A DNA stretch of 41,993 nucleotides from Promethearchaeota archaeon (GTDB taxonomy: Archaea > Asgardarchaeota > Lokiarchaeia > Sigyniarchaeales > SOKP01), in NCBI GenBank assembly GCA_016840085.1, contig JAEOTA010000020.1:1-41993 (forward strand), written 5' to 3'. The notes under the pieces were generated by a model that saw nothing but the letters and a program-made list of their open reading frames with translations, did not search any database and had not been told where the DNA came from. Below are positions 40,221 through 41,993 of this stretch, in pieces. Position numbers and translations under genes: made by a program. Within the stretch, counting starts at the first letter, position 1. Each line of letters starts with the position of its first letter.

Positions 40221-40499
40221 TTATTTTGGTGGAGCGAGTACTATTTCAATGCTAGAAACATTGTTACTTTGTCCATTTTCTCCTTCTAATTGTTCTGTGC
40301 TTAATTTGATGTCCTTATATTCTGTACCTTTTAAAAAACGATTTCGTAAAATTTCACATACATCAACTGCATGAGAAATTGCTCTACCACGAGCCTTAAC
40401 GGTACAATCCTCGCCTTTGTTAAGGATCATCATCGTGGCCATCACGTAATTCATAGTTGGGCGACGACCAACAAAGACAGCATTTTCTTCTTTTGACAT
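40221..40499 (-). CDS. albA: DNA/RNA-binding protein Alba
   Basis: VFVG..P.MNYV, VKARGRAIS.AVDV.E..RNRF and VSSIEIVL. Confidence 0.96.
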   Translation of the reverse strand: MSKEENAVFVGRRPTMNYVMATMMILNKGEDCTVKARGRAISHAVDVCEILRNRFLKGTEYKDIKLSTEQLEGENGQSNNVSSIEIVLAPPK

Positions 40500-40849
40500 T
40501 TTAATTTCCTCTTTAGATATATAATTTTTGTTGTATTTCTATTTTTTTATATGCTTTTTTGTATTTGTGTATTGCGTATTGAAGTTTTAACGTAATTTGT
40601 TTAAAATTACGGTAATAACATTCTTTTTAAAATTAAGGAAATGTTTTAAATTTTATTGTCTGATTAATATAGTTTTGGATAAATTGCAGTAATTTCACAT
40701 TTGTATCATTTTTAGTATTTTCCAAAAGAATTATGAGATCTTATGAGTTGAGAATTTTTTATAGAAAATTTCTTAGTTAATTTACTAAACTTATTTTAAA
40801 TAGTTTTAAATAATTTAGATTAATCATAAATAATAACACACTTATTGGT

Positions 40850-41993
40850 GTGAAATCCTTGTATAAAAAAAAAATTGAAAAAAGAAAAAAAATTACGGCT
40901 TTAGTGATCTCACTAATACTATTATTCATATTTAGCTTTAAACTCAATAATGTAACAACTGAAGGAAATAAAGGTGATAATAATAAGCTGAAGAGTTCTG
41001 CCATAACTCTTCCCATTTTCATTGATGATCTTGGTGGTGGAGATTATACATGGGAAGAAGCTGCAAGTCAAGATTGGTGTAGTGGTTCAGGTACTGATGT
41101 GGATCCTTATCTACTCGAAAATTTAGAAATAGATGGTGAGGGTACTGATAGTGGTATATTAATTGAAAATTCTGAAGCATATTTCACAATTCGAGATTGT
41201 ACAATTTATAATACAGTATATATTCCTGATGCAGGAATCTATCTATATAATGTTACTAATGGTAAAATAACCGGGAACAATTGTTCTAACAATGAAATGG
41301 GAATAAGAGTTAGAGAGAGTTCCTATGTTGAGATTACTGGAAATATAATAGATAGTCCCGATGATTCAGTAGGAATATCTTTAATCTATAGTCATAACAA
41401 TATAATTTATGGGAATACAATAAAAGATAAATATCAAGGGATTCAACTTGAGGTAAGTTCTCATAATACCATTTCGGGAAACAACGTCCTTGAATGTAGT
41501 AATTTTGGAATTATTGTACTTAATTGTTATGCAAATAATGTTTCAGGGAATATTGCAAATAATAATACATTTGGAGTTGGCATAGTTTCTTATATGGGTT
41601 CATGCTATAACAATACCGTTATTGACAATACAGCTAACTTTAATGGACAAAATGGAATCTGGTTATTGGAAAGTTGGAACAATCTTATCCGGGAAAACAG
41701 CGTATCTGAAAACTTTGGGGAAGGTATATTTTTAGATTCCAGTGATAATAATGTATTATCGGGTAATATTATCTCTAATAATTTTTATGCGGGAATCTCA
41801 TTAGTAACTGCTGTGGGTTATTGGGGTAGTGATCTAAATAACATTACTAACAATATTATATATGAAAACTATGGGCATGGAATTAATTTAGATGATGAGT
41901 GCCAGAGTAATAATATCTGGGATAATGAGATCTATGAAAATGGAATGAACGGTATAAATTTACTAGAAACCGGTTTTAATGATATCTATGGAA
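40850..41993 (+). CDS. Secreted NosD/right-handed parallel beta-helix repeat protein, 3'-partial (missing from the ORF track)
   Basis: Frame is open from GTG 40850: MKSLYKKKIEKRKKITALVISLILLFIFSF... signal anchor, then PIFIDD..DYTW...WCSGSGTDVDPYLLENLEIDG and repeated GI.L..S.NN.I.GN units running off the window end. Confidence 0.88.
   Translation, partial: MKSLYKKKIEKRKKITALVISLILLFIFSFKLNNVTTEGNKGDNNKLKSSAITLPIFIDDLGGGDYTWEEAASQDWCSGSGTDVDPYLLENLEIDGEGTDSGILIENSEAYFTIRDCTIYNTVYIPDAGIYLYNVTNGKITGNNCSNNEMGIRVRESSYVEITGNIIDSPDDSVGISLIYSHNNIIYGNTIKDKYQGIQLEVSSHNTISGNNVLECSNFGIIVLNCYANNVSGNIANNNTFGVGIVSYMGSCYNNTVIDNTANFNGQNGIWLLESWNNLIRENSVSENFGEGIFLDSSDNNVLSGNIISNNFYAGISLVTAVGYWGSDLNNITNNIIYENYGHGINLDDECQSNNIWDNEIYENGMNGINLLETGFNDIYG

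Noticed and set aside
587-41022. Short ORFs antisense to or overlapping real genes (e.g. 587..853, 8251..8622, 13776..14273, 19776..20168, 39591..39857, 40777..41022)
   Set aside because: They are shadow ORFs opposite well-supported genes and show no recognisable motifs.

Overview
AT-rich archaeal chromosomal window, most likely from an Asgard archaeon (Lokiarchaeia/Promethearchaeia-like). This assignment is inferred from the co-occurrence of Alba, a histone, nurA-herA-mre11-rad50, a stand-alone gelsolin domain, UroD/MtaA-like paralogues and a WCSGSGT..DPY-type NosD beta-helix protein. It holds about 37 CDSs covering metabolism, tRNA modification, proteases, DNA repair and chromatin. I found no rRNA, tRNA, CRISPR array or transposase. 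The key observation is in the long-chain acyl-CoA synthetase, which the ORF track splits in two (14015..14881 and 12998..13999, minus strand). It reads as one gene interrupted by a 30-nt, stop-containing insert (13999..14028) that folds into a canonical bulge-helix-bulge (BHB). Cutting at the standard archaeal tRNA-splicing-endonuclease positions exactly restores the conserved PFFHSFG-MT motif, making this a candidate tRNA-type mRNA intron in an Asgard metabolic gene. Other points of interest: a vapBC module followed by a relic copy of the upstream gene's 3' end; two probable non-AUG starts; candidate eukaryote-like proteins (gelsolin, mu-homology-like, GIFT/IFT52-like); and a short histone next to an Alba that lacks the modified lysine. 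All family calls come from motif recognition by eye, not from database searches.
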